Assembly (NCBI GenBank): GCA_030765505.1
Contig: JAVCCL010000020.1
Coordinates: 28,538-92,537, forward strand
Length of the DNA stretch: 64,000 nucleotides
Reading direction: 5' to 3'
Origin: Candidatus Kaelpia imicola
GTDB taxonomy: Bacteria; Omnitrophota; Gorgyraeia; Kaelpiales; Kaelpiaceae
In this document: one piece after another, positions 51,153-60,387 of the stretch
Layout: each line of letters starts with the position of its first letter
Position numbering within the stretch: the stretch's first letter is position 1
Position numbers and translations under genes: made by a program
The notes under the pieces: generated by a model
The model's database searches: none
Told to the model about the DNA's origin: nothing
What the model saw: only the letters and a program-made list of their open reading frames with translations

Positions 51153-51895
51153 ATTACGAAAAAATAAAAATCGCGTTCTTTTTTCTAAACTGGGCTGTTT
51201 TAATTCTACTTTTGGTTTGGTTCTTCAATATTATGCAAAATTATAAGGTCTCTTCGTCTAGTTTTAGCATAAAAGAGGCCAAGGTTATTTTTAGCGATGG
51301 TTCAGGATTAGATAAGAGTAATGCGTTTAGATATTTAAATATCAAAAAAGGCGACTCTATTTTTAAGATAGACCCAATTGTAAAAATTAAAGAGATTTTC
51401 AAAAAGCATCCCGAGATACTTAAGCTCAGTCTTTATAAGCAGATGCCTAATAAGATTATGGCTATTGTTACAAATAGAATTCCCGTGGCTCAGATTCATT
51501 TAGGGCGCTATTATCCGCTGGATGCAGAAGGCTTTGTGTTGCCATTCCCCAGCAATTTCCGCATTGAGTCTCTACCTCTCGTTAAAGGGGTCAATCCGGG
51601 GGAAGTTGCGGTGGCTAGCGATGCTGACAATGCTAAGATAGACTCAGCTTTAGAGCTGTTGAATTTGATAGAGTCTGTTTTGGGTGAAAGAGGCATCAAT
51701 TTTGATATTGATGTTAATAGTGTCGAAGATATCAATCTTATACTTACTAATGATATTAAGGTCAAGTTGGGTAGAGGCGGCTTCAAGGATAAGCTGATAC
51801 GTTTAAAGGTAGTCTTAATCGATATGGAAGCCAAGAAGTTAAATCCGGCTATCATAGATTTAAGATTCGATAAGGTTGTTTTAATACCACGTTGA
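51137..51895 (+). CDS. ftsQ: Cell division protein FtsQ/DivIB
   Basis: N-terminal TM, POTRA-like region, C-terminal IDLRF; position after ddl. Confidence 0.8.
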   Translation: MFKKIDYEKIKIAFFFLNWAVLILLLVWFFNIMQNYKVSSSSFSIKEAKVIFSDGSGLDKSNAFRYLNIKKGDSIFKIDPIVKIKEIFKKHPEILKLSLYKQMPNKIMAIVTNRIPVAQIHLGRYYPLDAEGFVLPFPSNFRIESLPLVKGVNPGEVAVASDADNAKIDSALELLNLIESVLGERGINFDIDVNSVEDINLILTNDIKVKLGRGGFKDKLIRLKVVLIDMEAKKLNPAIIDLRFDKVVLIPR

Positions 51896-51923
51896 AATTA
51901 AAAGCCAGGAGAAGTTTTTAGGT

Positions 51924-53102
51924 ATGCTCAAGTATGCTCTAGATATTGGCTCTACAAAATTGAGATTTGCTGCTGCAGGTTCGACAGATAGTGAATTGAA
52001 AATTTTGGGATATTTAACATCCAAAGTAGAGGGTTATTCAGGAGGAGTAATAACTGACTATAAGAAGTTGTTTTTTTCTATTTTAAAAATTATAAAAGAG
52101 TTCGAAAAACAATATAATAGTAAACCTAAAAAGATTTTGCTTAACTGTTCTCATCCGGATAGTAAGTTTTATCATTTGCGAGAGGTTTTCCAAAGAGATA
52201 TTTCTGAGCGGCCGATTTCGAATAAAGAGTTAAGGCGTTTAAGGAGCCAAGTCTTGCAGGATAAGATCGGCCTTGAAGAGGAAAAGATATTAATTCAGAT
52301 CGAAGAGTATATTATAGACGGGCAGAGAGGAGTTATAAGCCCAGAGAGGATGGTTGCCAGAAGCATAGAGGTTCTACTCAATGTGATCACTGTCCCAGTT
52401 AATTTTTTTAATAATATTCTTTCTATTTTTTCAGAGATAGGGATAGAGTTGGAAGCTATTATTCCAGAGGCTATAGCCAAGGCTAGTCTCTATTTGGATC
52501 CAGAAGATAAGAAGGCAGGCGTAATGCTTTTGGATATTGGATGGTCTAAAGCTAAGATGGTTCTCTTTGAAGGCAGCGTATTAAAAAATAGCATTGTTTT
52601 TGAAAGTGGTTTTAATGATATTTTCAAAAGATTAAAAGGGATATATCATTTAGATGATCTAGAAGCAGACAAGGTTTTAAATGAAGCTTTGGTTACAGAG
52701 AAAGAGAGTATAATGCTTCAAAGCGAAGAAGGCATAAAAGAGGTCTCTGTTGAAAATGTATGCCAGATTATAGAGAGGGGTTTTAGGAAGAACCTCTATT
52801 TTATTAAAAAGGCTATGGACTCAAAAGATATCTCTCATCTTCTTGCAGGAGGAATATTTATAACAGGAGGTTCTATTTTAAAATATCCAAACTTAAAGGA
52901 GATTGCGGCGGAAATTTTAAAACAACCAGTTATTGTCAAACAGAATAAAATATTTTCTCTGTCACCAGATTATGCAACTGTGATTGGAATGTTGAGTTAT
53001 TCATTTCAAGAGGAGAAAAAGTTTAATGAAAGAGATAAGTGTTGTAGTCTCGTAAAAAAAGGTTTAGGTAAGATTTATCAAATCTTCGATAAGTATTTTT
53101 AG
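51924..53102 (+). CDS. ftsA: Cell division protein FtsA (divergent)
   Basis: ALDIGSTK, YIIDG, LLDIG, ITGG, C-terminal amphipathic helix; position after ftsQ. Confidence 0.8.
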   Translation: MLKYALDIGSTKLRFAAAGSTDSELKILGYLTSKVEGYSGGVITDYKKLFFSILKIIKEFEKQYNSKPKKILLNCSHPDSKFYHLREVFQRDISERPISNKELRRLRSQVLQDKIGLEEEKILIQIEEYIIDGQRGVISPERMVARSIEVLLNVITVPVNFFNNILSIFSEIGIELEAIIPEAIAKASLYLDPEDKKAGVMLLDIGWSKAKMVLFEGSVLKNSIVFESGFNDIFKRLKGIYHLDDLEADKVLNEALVTEKESIMLQSEEGIKEVSVENVCQIIERGFRKNLYFIKKAMDSKDISHLLAGGIFITGGSILKYPNLKEIAAEILKQPVIVKQNKIFSLSPDYATVIGMLSYSFQEEKKFNERDKCCSLVKKGLGKIYQIFDKYF

Positions 53103-53105
53103 TCT

Positions 53106-54215
53106 GTGAAAATACTTCAAATAATTACTCACCTGGAGATAGGCGGTGCTCAAAAAGCAACTCTTCTTTTATCTCAAGAACTTATAAATAGAGGCCACGA
53201 GGTTGTTGTTTTATCTTCTGCCCAAGGCGGATTATTAAAAGAGTTTAAAGAAAAATTAGGTCCAAATTTTAGAAGTTTATGTTTTTTAAAAAGAGGTATA
53301 AATCCTATTTTTGACCTTTTAGCTTTTTTCTCAGTTTTCATCTATGTAAAAGAACTCAGTTTTGATCTGATCCATACGCACTCTTCTAAAGCCGGCATTT
53401 TAGGGCGCTGGGCTGCTCTCTTCTCATCTGTCAATTCTGTCCATACTGTCCATGGTTTTGCTTTTCATGATTATCAAAATTTTATTTTGAGATACTGTTT
53501 TATTTTGATTGAAAGAGTTACAGCTTTTATATCGGGTAAGATCATATTTGTATCCGAAGAGGTTAAAAAAAAGGCGTTTAAGAATTTTATAGTAACTACC
53601 GAAGAGAAAACAGAGGTTATCTATGAGCTTGTCAAGATTGATCCGCCTGAGCATAGAATAAAAAATAAAGATTTTTTTACAATAGGTATGGTTGCCCCGT
53701 TGAAAGAGCAGAAGAGGCCCGAGGATTTTCTGAAATTTGCGGTATCTTTAAGCAGAATACGCAAAGATGTAAGGTTTGTTTTAGTGGGGGATGGTAAATT
53801 GAGGCCAAAGCTGGAGATAGACGCGAAGAGATCTGGCATTCTATGTAAAGTTGAATTTAAGGGTTGGAGAGATGATGCTTATACCATAATGCAATCTTTT
53901 GATATCTTTGTGCTTACCAGCATCTTCGAGGGTCAACCGCACGTAATAATAGAAGCAATGTCGTTATCAATTCCGGTAATTGCTACTGCGGTTGATGGAG
54001 TAAGGGATTTGGTTTCTCAAGGTGAGAATGGATTTTTAGTCGAGCCTTGTAAGCCCCATGATATAGTATGCTTGGCTAATAGGCTATTAGATGATAAAGT
54101 ATTGAGAGAGTCTATTGGATCTAAAGGACGTAGCTATTTTGAGACTGAGAAAAGGTTTAACTACATTGAAAACATTAGTAAAATCGAAAAGCTGTATGAG
54201 TCTACAATGAAATGA
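53106..54215 (+). CDS. Glycosyltransferase family 4
   Basis: GGAQ, HTHSSKAG, HTVHG, FEGQPHVIIEAM (EX7E). Confidence 0.9.
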   Translation: MKILQIITHLEIGGAQKATLLLSQELINRGHEVVVLSSAQGGLLKEFKEKLGPNFRSLCFLKRGINPIFDLLAFFSVFIYVKELSFDLIHTHSSKAGILGRWAALFSSVNSVHTVHGFAFHDYQNFILRYCFILIERVTAFISGKIIFVSEEVKKKAFKNFIVTTEEKTEVIYELVKIDPPEHRIKNKDFFTIGMVAPLKEQKRPEDFLKFAVSLSRIRKDVRFVLVGDGKLRPKLEIDAKRSGILCKVEFKGWRDDAYTIMQSFDIFVLTSIFEGQPHVIIEAMSLSIPVIATAVDGVRDLVSQGENGFLVEPCKPHDIVCLANRLLDDKVLRESIGSKGRSYFETEKRFNYIENISKIEKLYESTMK

Positions 54216-55168
54216 ACAGAGTAGAAGTTTTCAACATAATGCTCATCTGTTTCGCGTTCTCTTTTTTCCTTTCTAAGTTTTTCTATAAAAAGAAAATCAA
54301 AGTAGGCAAAAAAGAGCAATCTACGCACGGTGGAGTTATAATTTTAGCGACAGTTTTTTTGGGAATATTAATATCTCCTTTAAGAGATACGTATTATGTC
54401 TGGAAGCTGTTCCTGCCTTTCTTTTTAATGTTTCTTTTAGGTTTTATCGATGATTATAAGCATCTCTCTCCTTATCCAAAGCTGATTGCCGAAATATTTA
54501 TAATACTTCTCGCGCTCTTTATGGGTTTTAAGACTGAAATCATGTACTTTCCTAGTTATCTTAATTATCTCGTCTCTTTGGTTTGGATTTTGATTTTAAG
54601 CAATGAATTTAATTTTTTAGATATAATGGATGGCCTCTCTTTGGGCAGCATCATAGCCGTGGCTTTGACGTTTACAATAATCGGTTTGATAAACTTTCAA
54701 CCTTTCAATCTTCTTTTTGCGGCAGTTGTTCTGGCCTCCTGCCTGGGTTTCTTTCCTTACAATTACCGTAAAGCATCTGCTTATCTTGGAGATAGCGGCA
54801 GTCTATCGCTGGGCTTGCTTATGGCTATTTTAGCTATATCGTTTAGTTATACGAGAGAAAATAGACCTATGGTCCTATTGACCCCTGTTATTATATTCGG
54901 GCTTCCTATTTTTGATTTTTTATATCTTACGATAAGAAGGGTCTGGCAACGGAAGTCTATTTTGAGAAAAAGTCCTGACCATCTTGCAATACTTATGCAT
55001 ATTAATGGAGCCTCTAGGAAAAGAGTAATATATAAGTTCTGGCTTATATCAGCAGGTTTTGCTTCTACAGCACTATTGCTTCAGTTCGGTTCGAGACTTT
55101 TAGGTGTTGTTGCATTGATTATCTCTATATTCCTTTTCTTTGAAGTTGCTTTACGATGCTATAAATGA
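54212..55168 (+). CDS. WecA/TagO-like polyprenyl-phosphate sugar-1-phosphate transferase
   Basis: GG, GFIDD, NFLDIMDGL, YLGDSGS, PIFD..TIRR; multi-TM. Confidence 0.85.
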   Translation: MNRVEVFNIMLICFAFSFFLSKFFYKKKIKVGKKEQSTHGGVIILATVFLGILISPLRDTYYVWKLFLPFFLMFLLGFIDDYKHLSPYPKLIAEIFIILLALFMGFKTEIMYFPSYLNYLVSLVWILILSNEFNFLDIMDGLSLGSIIAVALTFTIIGLINFQPFNLLFAAVVLASCLGFFPYNYRKASAYLGDSGSLSLGLLMAILAISFSYTRENRPMVLLTPVIIFGLPIFDFLYLTIRRVWQRKSILRKSPDHLAILMHINGASRKRVIYKFWLISAGFASTALLLQFGSRLLGVVALIISIFLFFEVALRCYK

Positions 55169-56490
55169 AAAAGAGTGTAAATAATTTAATCCTTGGTTCA
55201 GGTATAACAGGGTTGAGCTGCGGCCTACATTTAGGAAATTTAAGTAATAAAAAAGGTGGATTTTCATCAGACTATTTAATCCTTGAAAAAGAGAAGGGTG
55301 TTGGAGGTTTAGCCCGATCTATCAAAAAGAAAGGTTTTGTATTTGACTATAGTGCTCATCTCCTGCATTGCAGGGATCCCTATTTTTCAAAATGGGTGGA
55401 GAATAATCTTAAAAAAAGTCTCAAGTTTCATAAAAGAAATGCCTGGGTCTACTCGCATGGGGTATTTACCAAATATCCTTTTCAGGCAAATCTCTATGGT
55501 TTGCCTAGAGATGTAATAAAGGATTGTCTTTTGGGCCTTTTGAGTTTGAATGGTTTTAGTGATAGTAAGCCCAATAATTTTGAAGAGTGGTGTTATAACA
55601 AATTCGGCAGCGGAATTTCTAAACACTTTATGCTTCCCTACAATGAAAAGTTTTGGAATATAGCAGCTAAAAAAATTACGCTAGAATGGATAGATGGTTT
55701 TATACCTCAGCCGCAGCTTAGGGATATGGTTAAAGGGGGATTTGAATATTCCCATAAAGAGTTTGGCTACCATAGCAAATTTTACTATCCTATTAATGAA
55801 GGGATAGAGCTTATAGTTAAGAAAATCAGTTCAAAATGCAGCAATATAGTACTCAAAGAAAAAGCAGAAAAGATAAACTTAAAAGAGAGATGGGTTTTAA
55901 CCTCTAGAGGCAGAAAGATTTATTACAATAATTTAGTCTCTACTCTTCCTATGGTGGATTTAAACGACATGATTATCGGAATCGATAGCAATATCAGTAA
56001 TCTTTTTCGCAAGTTAAAGTATATCTCTGTTATTAATGTAAATATGGGCATAAAACGGCCGAATATATCCGATAAAGACTGGGTCTATTTTCCGGAAGAC
56101 AACTTCTCTTTTTATCGTATTGGGTTTCCGATGAACTTTGCTCCTTCTTCTACACCTAGCGGTTTTAGCTCAATATATATAGATATCTCTTATTCAGGTT
56201 CTTTGGCTATCAACAAGAGAAAAGAGAGTATTATTGAACGGGTAAAAGCTGATTTGATCAAACTGGGTATTATTGGTGAAGAAGAGAGCATCCCGGTCGT
56301 GGACTATAATGATATTAAGTATGCTTATATACTCTATGATAAAAATTGGTCTCATGCTCGAGGTGGAATTATTGATTATCTTTTAAAAAATTCCGTATAT
56401 TCTGCTGGGAGATTTGGTTCCTGGAGCTATCTCTCTATGGAGGGGTGTTTTTTAGAGGGCAGGAGAATAGCCAATATATTAAAGAGATGA
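55165..56490 (+). CDS. FAD-dependent oxidoreductase (protoporphyrinogen oxidase / UDP-galactopyranose mutase-like fold)
   Basis: GSGITG, EKE..VGG..RS, FDY..H, PYNEKFW, FYYP..GI, GRFGSWSY..M. Confidence 0.75.
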   Translation: MKKSVNNLILGSGITGLSCGLHLGNLSNKKGGFSSDYLILEKEKGVGGLARSIKKKGFVFDYSAHLLHCRDPYFSKWVENNLKKSLKFHKRNAWVYSHGVFTKYPFQANLYGLPRDVIKDCLLGLLSLNGFSDSKPNNFEEWCYNKFGSGISKHFMLPYNEKFWNIAAKKITLEWIDGFIPQPQLRDMVKGGFEYSHKEFGYHSKFYYPINEGIELIVKKISSKCSNIVLKEKAEKINLKERWVLTSRGRKIYYNNLVSTLPMVDLNDMIIGIDSNISNLFRKLKYISVINVNMGIKRPNISDKDWVYFPEDNFSFYRIGFPMNFAPSSTPSGFSSIYIDISYSGSLAINKRKESIIERVKADLIKLGIIGEEESIPVVDYNDIKYAYILYDKNWSHARGGIIDYLLKNSVYSAGRFGSWSYLSMEGCFLEGRRIANILKR

Positions 56491-56511
56491 AACATTTGAC
56501 AGCTTTTTATT

Positions 56512-57570
56512 ATGATCTTTGACGACCTATGTCTCTACCTAAGGCTCTATCCTGAAATTTTAAATCTTAGATTTGCGAGAGAGATGATATACTATCTCTT
56601 AAAAGGTGTTAGCAGGCATCCAATATCAATTAATTTTCTAATAACTTCTAAATGTAATTTTAAGTGCAAGATCTGTAGTTATTACGGTAATTCAGGGACT
56701 CATTTTTCAGAGCTGAGCTTTCAGGAATTTGTAGATTTCTTAGATCAGGTTCAAGCTTTTAAACCCTTGATTTTTTTAGGCGGCGGAGAGCCTTTTATAA
56801 GAGAAGATATATATTCCATGTTGGAGGAGATAGAGAAGAGAGAGCTTAAAGTGATAGTGTCGACAAATGGTTATTTGTTAGATTTAGATAGAATATCTTC
56901 TTTAAACTTAGATTCGCTCATCCTCTCTCTATATGGACCTGAGTCGATTCATGATAGTATTACTGGAGTTCCTGGTTCTTATTCTGTAGTTGTTAAAAAA
57001 ATAAAAAAGATAACAGCTGATAATATGGTTAAAAATTTAGTTGTATCTACAATCCTATTGCCTTCAAATTTCAAACATCTCTCTGAGTTCAGTGATTCTG
57101 TTTTTGCTTTAGGAGTTGATTCAATTAAAATTGAAAACCTTAATTATCTAACAGAAGAAGAGTTTGGGAGTTCTACTGAAGAGATGGCCGACCTTATTTT
57201 AAAACCCCATACTCTTGTTTTAGACAAGCATTGCTTCAGCAGAACCGATTTAGAGTATGCTTGGAACAGCATCAATGTTTTAAGAAGAAGATATAAAGGT
57301 AGATTATTTTTGAAGCCAGCTCTAAACAAGAGAGATTTTTTAAAATGGTATTGCGAGGGCAAAACTTTTAAGGGTTGTCATTTTATAAGACATTCTATCT
57401 TTGTCTCATCTTCCGGAGATATTATACCTTGTCAGTTTTTAAGTAAAACTAAGCTTGGAAAAATAGACAAAAATGTTGTAAAATACATATGGAACTCGAA
57501 GAGATATAATGATTTTAGAGAGTTTGTGCAAAGGACTGGCTTAGAAGTTTGTAAACGTTGTTGTAAATAA
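56512..57570 (+). CDS. Radical SAM protein with C-terminal SPASM/twitch-like cysteines
   Basis: CNFKCKIC (56653-56676), GGEP, STNG, C...GDIIPC...CKRCC. Confidence 0.85.
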   Translation: MIFDDLCLYLRLYPEILNLRFAREMIYYLLKGVSRHPISINFLITSKCNFKCKICSYYGNSGTHFSELSFQEFVDFLDQVQAFKPLIFLGGGEPFIREDIYSMLEEIEKRELKVIVSTNGYLLDLDRISSLNLDSLILSLYGPESIHDSITGVPGSYSVVVKKIKKITADNMVKNLVVSTILLPSNFKHLSEFSDSVFALGVDSIKIENLNYLTEEEFGSSTEEMADLILKPHTLVLDKHCFSRTDLEYAWNSINVLRRRYKGRLFLKPALNKRDFLKWYCEGKTFKGCHFIRHSIFVSSSGDIIPCQFLSKTKLGKIDKNVVKYIWNSKRYNDFREFVQRTGLEVCKRCCK

Positions 57571-57583
57571 AAGGTTTTAAGTT

Positions 57584-58120
57584 ATGGATTTTGAACAAAA
57601 ATGGAAGAGGGCTGTAAAGAATACTGAAATAGAGAAAGGCTGGGTGGGCTATCTAAATACCAATTCGAGCACAACGCTCTCTTATATAATGCTCTCTGAA
57701 TCGATGCTTGATAATTCAGATACTGTTATCAGAAAAGGCAAGGTCGAAGTAACGCGACCCTTAATATACTTACCGGATAACAACCCTGTATTTGAAGGTT
57801 TTGAATTATCGAGTCAGAATCTATTTAATAGTTCTGTTTTGACTTTTCTTCTGTTGAGAGGAGTAAGTTTTCCTTCTTTAAAATACCAGAATAGTGTTTA
57901 CTCTCTGGATATTGACAATCTCTCTTTGACTGAGGCGGTTAAAAAGCATAAAAGAGAGCTTCAAAGATTGGAGGATGTTAAGACCGGTCTCATAGTAGGG
58001 TCTGATGACTGCTGGCATTACTCTCTTGCTATCTATGTTGCAGCTCTGACCTCTAAATCTGCCTCTAATGACATAGAGAGGTATCTTAAAGATTTAAAGA
58101 GTAGGTTTGAAGATAGGTAG
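57584..58120 (+). CDS. Conserved-looking hypothetical protein
   Basis: 178-aa ORF colinear with its neighbours, AAGG SD; no recognised catalytic motif. Confidence 0.7.
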   Translation: MDFEQKWKRAVKNTEIEKGWVGYLNTNSSTTLSYIMLSESMLDNSDTVIRKGKVEVTRPLIYLPDNNPVFEGFELSSQNLFNSSVLTFLLLRGVSFPSLKYQNSVYSLDIDNLSLTEAVKKHKRELQRLEDVKTGLIVGSDDCWHYSLAIYVAALTSKSASNDIERYLKDLKSRFEDR

Positions 58121-58171
58121 CCTTTATCAAAAACGAGAGATGGATATTTAACTATATAAAAGGAGGTTAAG

Positions 58172-59116
58172 ATGGAAGAGAGAGAAGTTTTTGCAAAAGT
58201 TAACAGTTTAATAGAGAACATCGAAAAAGTTATACTGGGAAAGCACGATGCCGTTCAACTGGCAGTAGCTGTATTTCTATCCGAGGGTCATCTATTGATG
58301 GAGGATGTTCCCGGAGTAGGTAAAACTGTACTTGCTAAGTCTATGGCTAAATCATTTTCGGCAAGCTTTAGGAGAATACAATTTACACCCGACCTTCTTC
58401 CTTCAGATGTTACGGGCAGCTATATATTTAACCAGAAAAATTCCGAATTTGAATTTAGGTCCGGTCCGGTCTTTGCTAATATAGTTATAGCTGATGAGAT
58501 TAACCGCGGTACTCCTAGGACGCAGAGCGCTCTTCTGGAGCCTATGGAGGAGTATCAGGTTACTGCGGATGGTAATACTTTTCAACTTGATAGGCCATTT
58601 TTCTTGATAGCTACTCAGAATCCCGTTGAGAGGGAAGGCACCTATTTTCTTCCTATCTCACAGCTGGACAGATTTCTGGTCAAGATGGGTATGGGGTATC
58701 CCGAAAAAGCTGAAGAGATTCAGATTCTTTTAGACAGAGAGAGAGAGGATCCTCTAAATAAAATTGAGGCTGTAATTACCAAAGAAGAAATTCTTGAGAT
58801 TCAAAAATTTGTAAAAGCTATTAAGGTGGATGCTAAGATATACGAATATGTTATCAGCATAACACAGACGACTCGTGAGACTGATAAACTTATTCTGGGA
58901 GCGAGCCCCAGGGCATCTCTTGATCTATTTAGGTTATCTCAGGCTCTGGCACTAATGGAGGAGAGAACATATTGTATTCCTGACGATGTTAAGAAAGCTG
59001 CTCCACTGGTTCTTGCTCATAGGGTTATACCGTCTTCACCTGCAAAGACAGAGATTGGTAATACTCAGGAGATAATTAAAAAACTAGTAAATGAAATCTC
59101 CGTTCCTATCCAATAA
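58172..59116 (+). CDS. moxR: MoxR-family AAA+ ATPase
   Basis: EDVPGVGKT, RIQFTPDLLPSD, ADEINR, ATQNP, DRF, GASPRA. Confidence 0.95.
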   Translation: MEEREVFAKVNSLIENIEKVILGKHDAVQLAVAVFLSEGHLLMEDVPGVGKTVLAKSMAKSFSASFRRIQFTPDLLPSDVTGSYIFNQKNSEFEFRSGPVFANIVIADEINRGTPRTQSALLEPMEEYQVTADGNTFQLDRPFFLIATQNPVEREGTYFLPISQLDRFLVKMGMGYPEKAEEIQILLDREREDPLNKIEAVITKEEILEIQKFVKAIKVDAKIYEYVISITQTTRETDKLILGASPRASLDLFRLSQALALMEERTYCIPDDVKKAAPLVLAHRVIPSSPAKTEIGNTQEIIKKLVNEISVPIQ

Positions 59117-60386
59117 TAAGGGTTGCTGTGTTTTAACAGAGTTTGGCTTATATGCTCTGATTGTAGCGGTATTTTTAACTTCTCTTGGTTTTATACTGCA
59201 GTCCAATCTTATCTATCTTGTAGCATCAGGACTCTGGGGGCTTGTTTTGACTGACTTTTTATTTTCTTTTCTCTCCTTGAGAGGAATAAGGGTTACAAGA
59301 TTTGCTCCGACTCATGCAGTTAGAGGTGAGGATTTTAAAATAAGAATAAGATTAGAGAATAGAGGGTTCTCTAAGTACTTAATAAGATTGACTGATAGTA
59401 GTTTTACTGAAAATATATCCGGGGTAGAGCTTCCTATTGTACGTAGTTTAAAAAACAGTGAGATTTTAGAGCTGGATTATATTATGAAAATTAAAGCAAG
59501 GGGTGTTCATAATCTTGAGTCTGTTCAGGCAGAGAGCAGTTTTCCTCTTGGTCTTTGGAGGAGGGTTATAAATTTTCCCTCCAGATCCAAAATTACCATA
59601 TACCCTGAATTTTACGAGGTGCCTCAATTTGCGGTATCTTATAGGGGTATGAGATCGGAGTTTGCAAATACATCTTCTAATAGGCCTGGTATGGGCGGTA
59701 ACTTTTTGCAGATACGAGAGTATCAATACGGGGATAGTTTAAAGAATATTCATTGGAGAGCAACGGCTAGAACAGGAAAGCTTATGGTCAAAGAGCTAGA
59801 GAAATTTACTCTTTCAAACCTTTCTATAGTATTAGATAGTTCCTCTAATATGGTTTTAGGATTGCTTGAAGAGTCCAATTTTGAATATGCAGTTAAAACA
59901 GCTGCAACTATAGCCAACAAAGCTTTGAGTACTCGCTATCATGTAAAGCTTATATACTACAATCAGATTAAAAAGAAGATCGAGTTTAAGAAGGCTTACG
60001 GCCGAATGACTCCAATATTAGACAGCCTTTCTAAGATAGGTACGACGGAGAGGATAAATGTCAAAGATCTCGTAGATGCTTCTATACCTGAGATTGAGAA
60101 GGAGTCTGTTGCGGTTTTTGTCTTACTCTCCCTTAACTCTGATGTTACTCAAAAAATCATACAACTTGCAAATCAGGGTATTGATTCTGTGCTTGTCGTA
60201 TTTGATCCCAGGTCTTTTGCCGCTGTTCTGGATAAGAAGATTGGGAATTTTTATAATGTCTTCTCCCAACTTATGAGCGGAGAAGCGTTCTATTTAACTG
60301 GTGAAGGTATAAGGGTGTATATGGTAAAACATGGCGATCGTATACCTGATGCGTTAAGTAGACCGCATATGTTTTTATCTTCTTAA
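59091..60386 (+). CDS. DUF58 domain protein (vWA-like MoxR partner) with N-terminal TM helices
   Basis: IREYQYGDSLKNIHWRATARTGKLMVKE, LDSS, FEYAV. Confidence 0.9.
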   Translation: MKSPFLSNNKGCCVLTEFGLYALIVAVFLTSLGFILQSNLIYLVASGLWGLVLTDFLFSFLSLRGIRVTRFAPTHAVRGEDFKIRIRLENRGFSKYLIRLTDSSFTENISGVELPIVRSLKNSEILELDYIMKIKARGVHNLESVQAESSFPLGLWRRVINFPSRSKITIYPEFYEVPQFAVSYRGMRSEFANTSSNRPGMGGNFLQIREYQYGDSLKNIHWRATARTGKLMVKELEKFTLSNLSIVLDSSSNMVLGLLEESNFEYAVKTAATIANKALSTRYHVKLIYYNQIKKKIEFKKAYGRMTPILDSLSKIGTTERINVKDLVDASIPEIEKESVAVFVLLSLNSDVTQKIIQLANQGIDSVLVVFDPRSFAAVLDKKIGNFYNVFSQLMSGEAFYLTGEGIRVYMVKHGDRIPDALSRPHMFLSS

Positions 60387-60387
60387 A

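Noticed and set aside
58735-58748. (GA)n tract in moxR as a phase-variation site
   Set aside because: Short, in frame (encodes RERE), and GA-rich runs are common throughout this window
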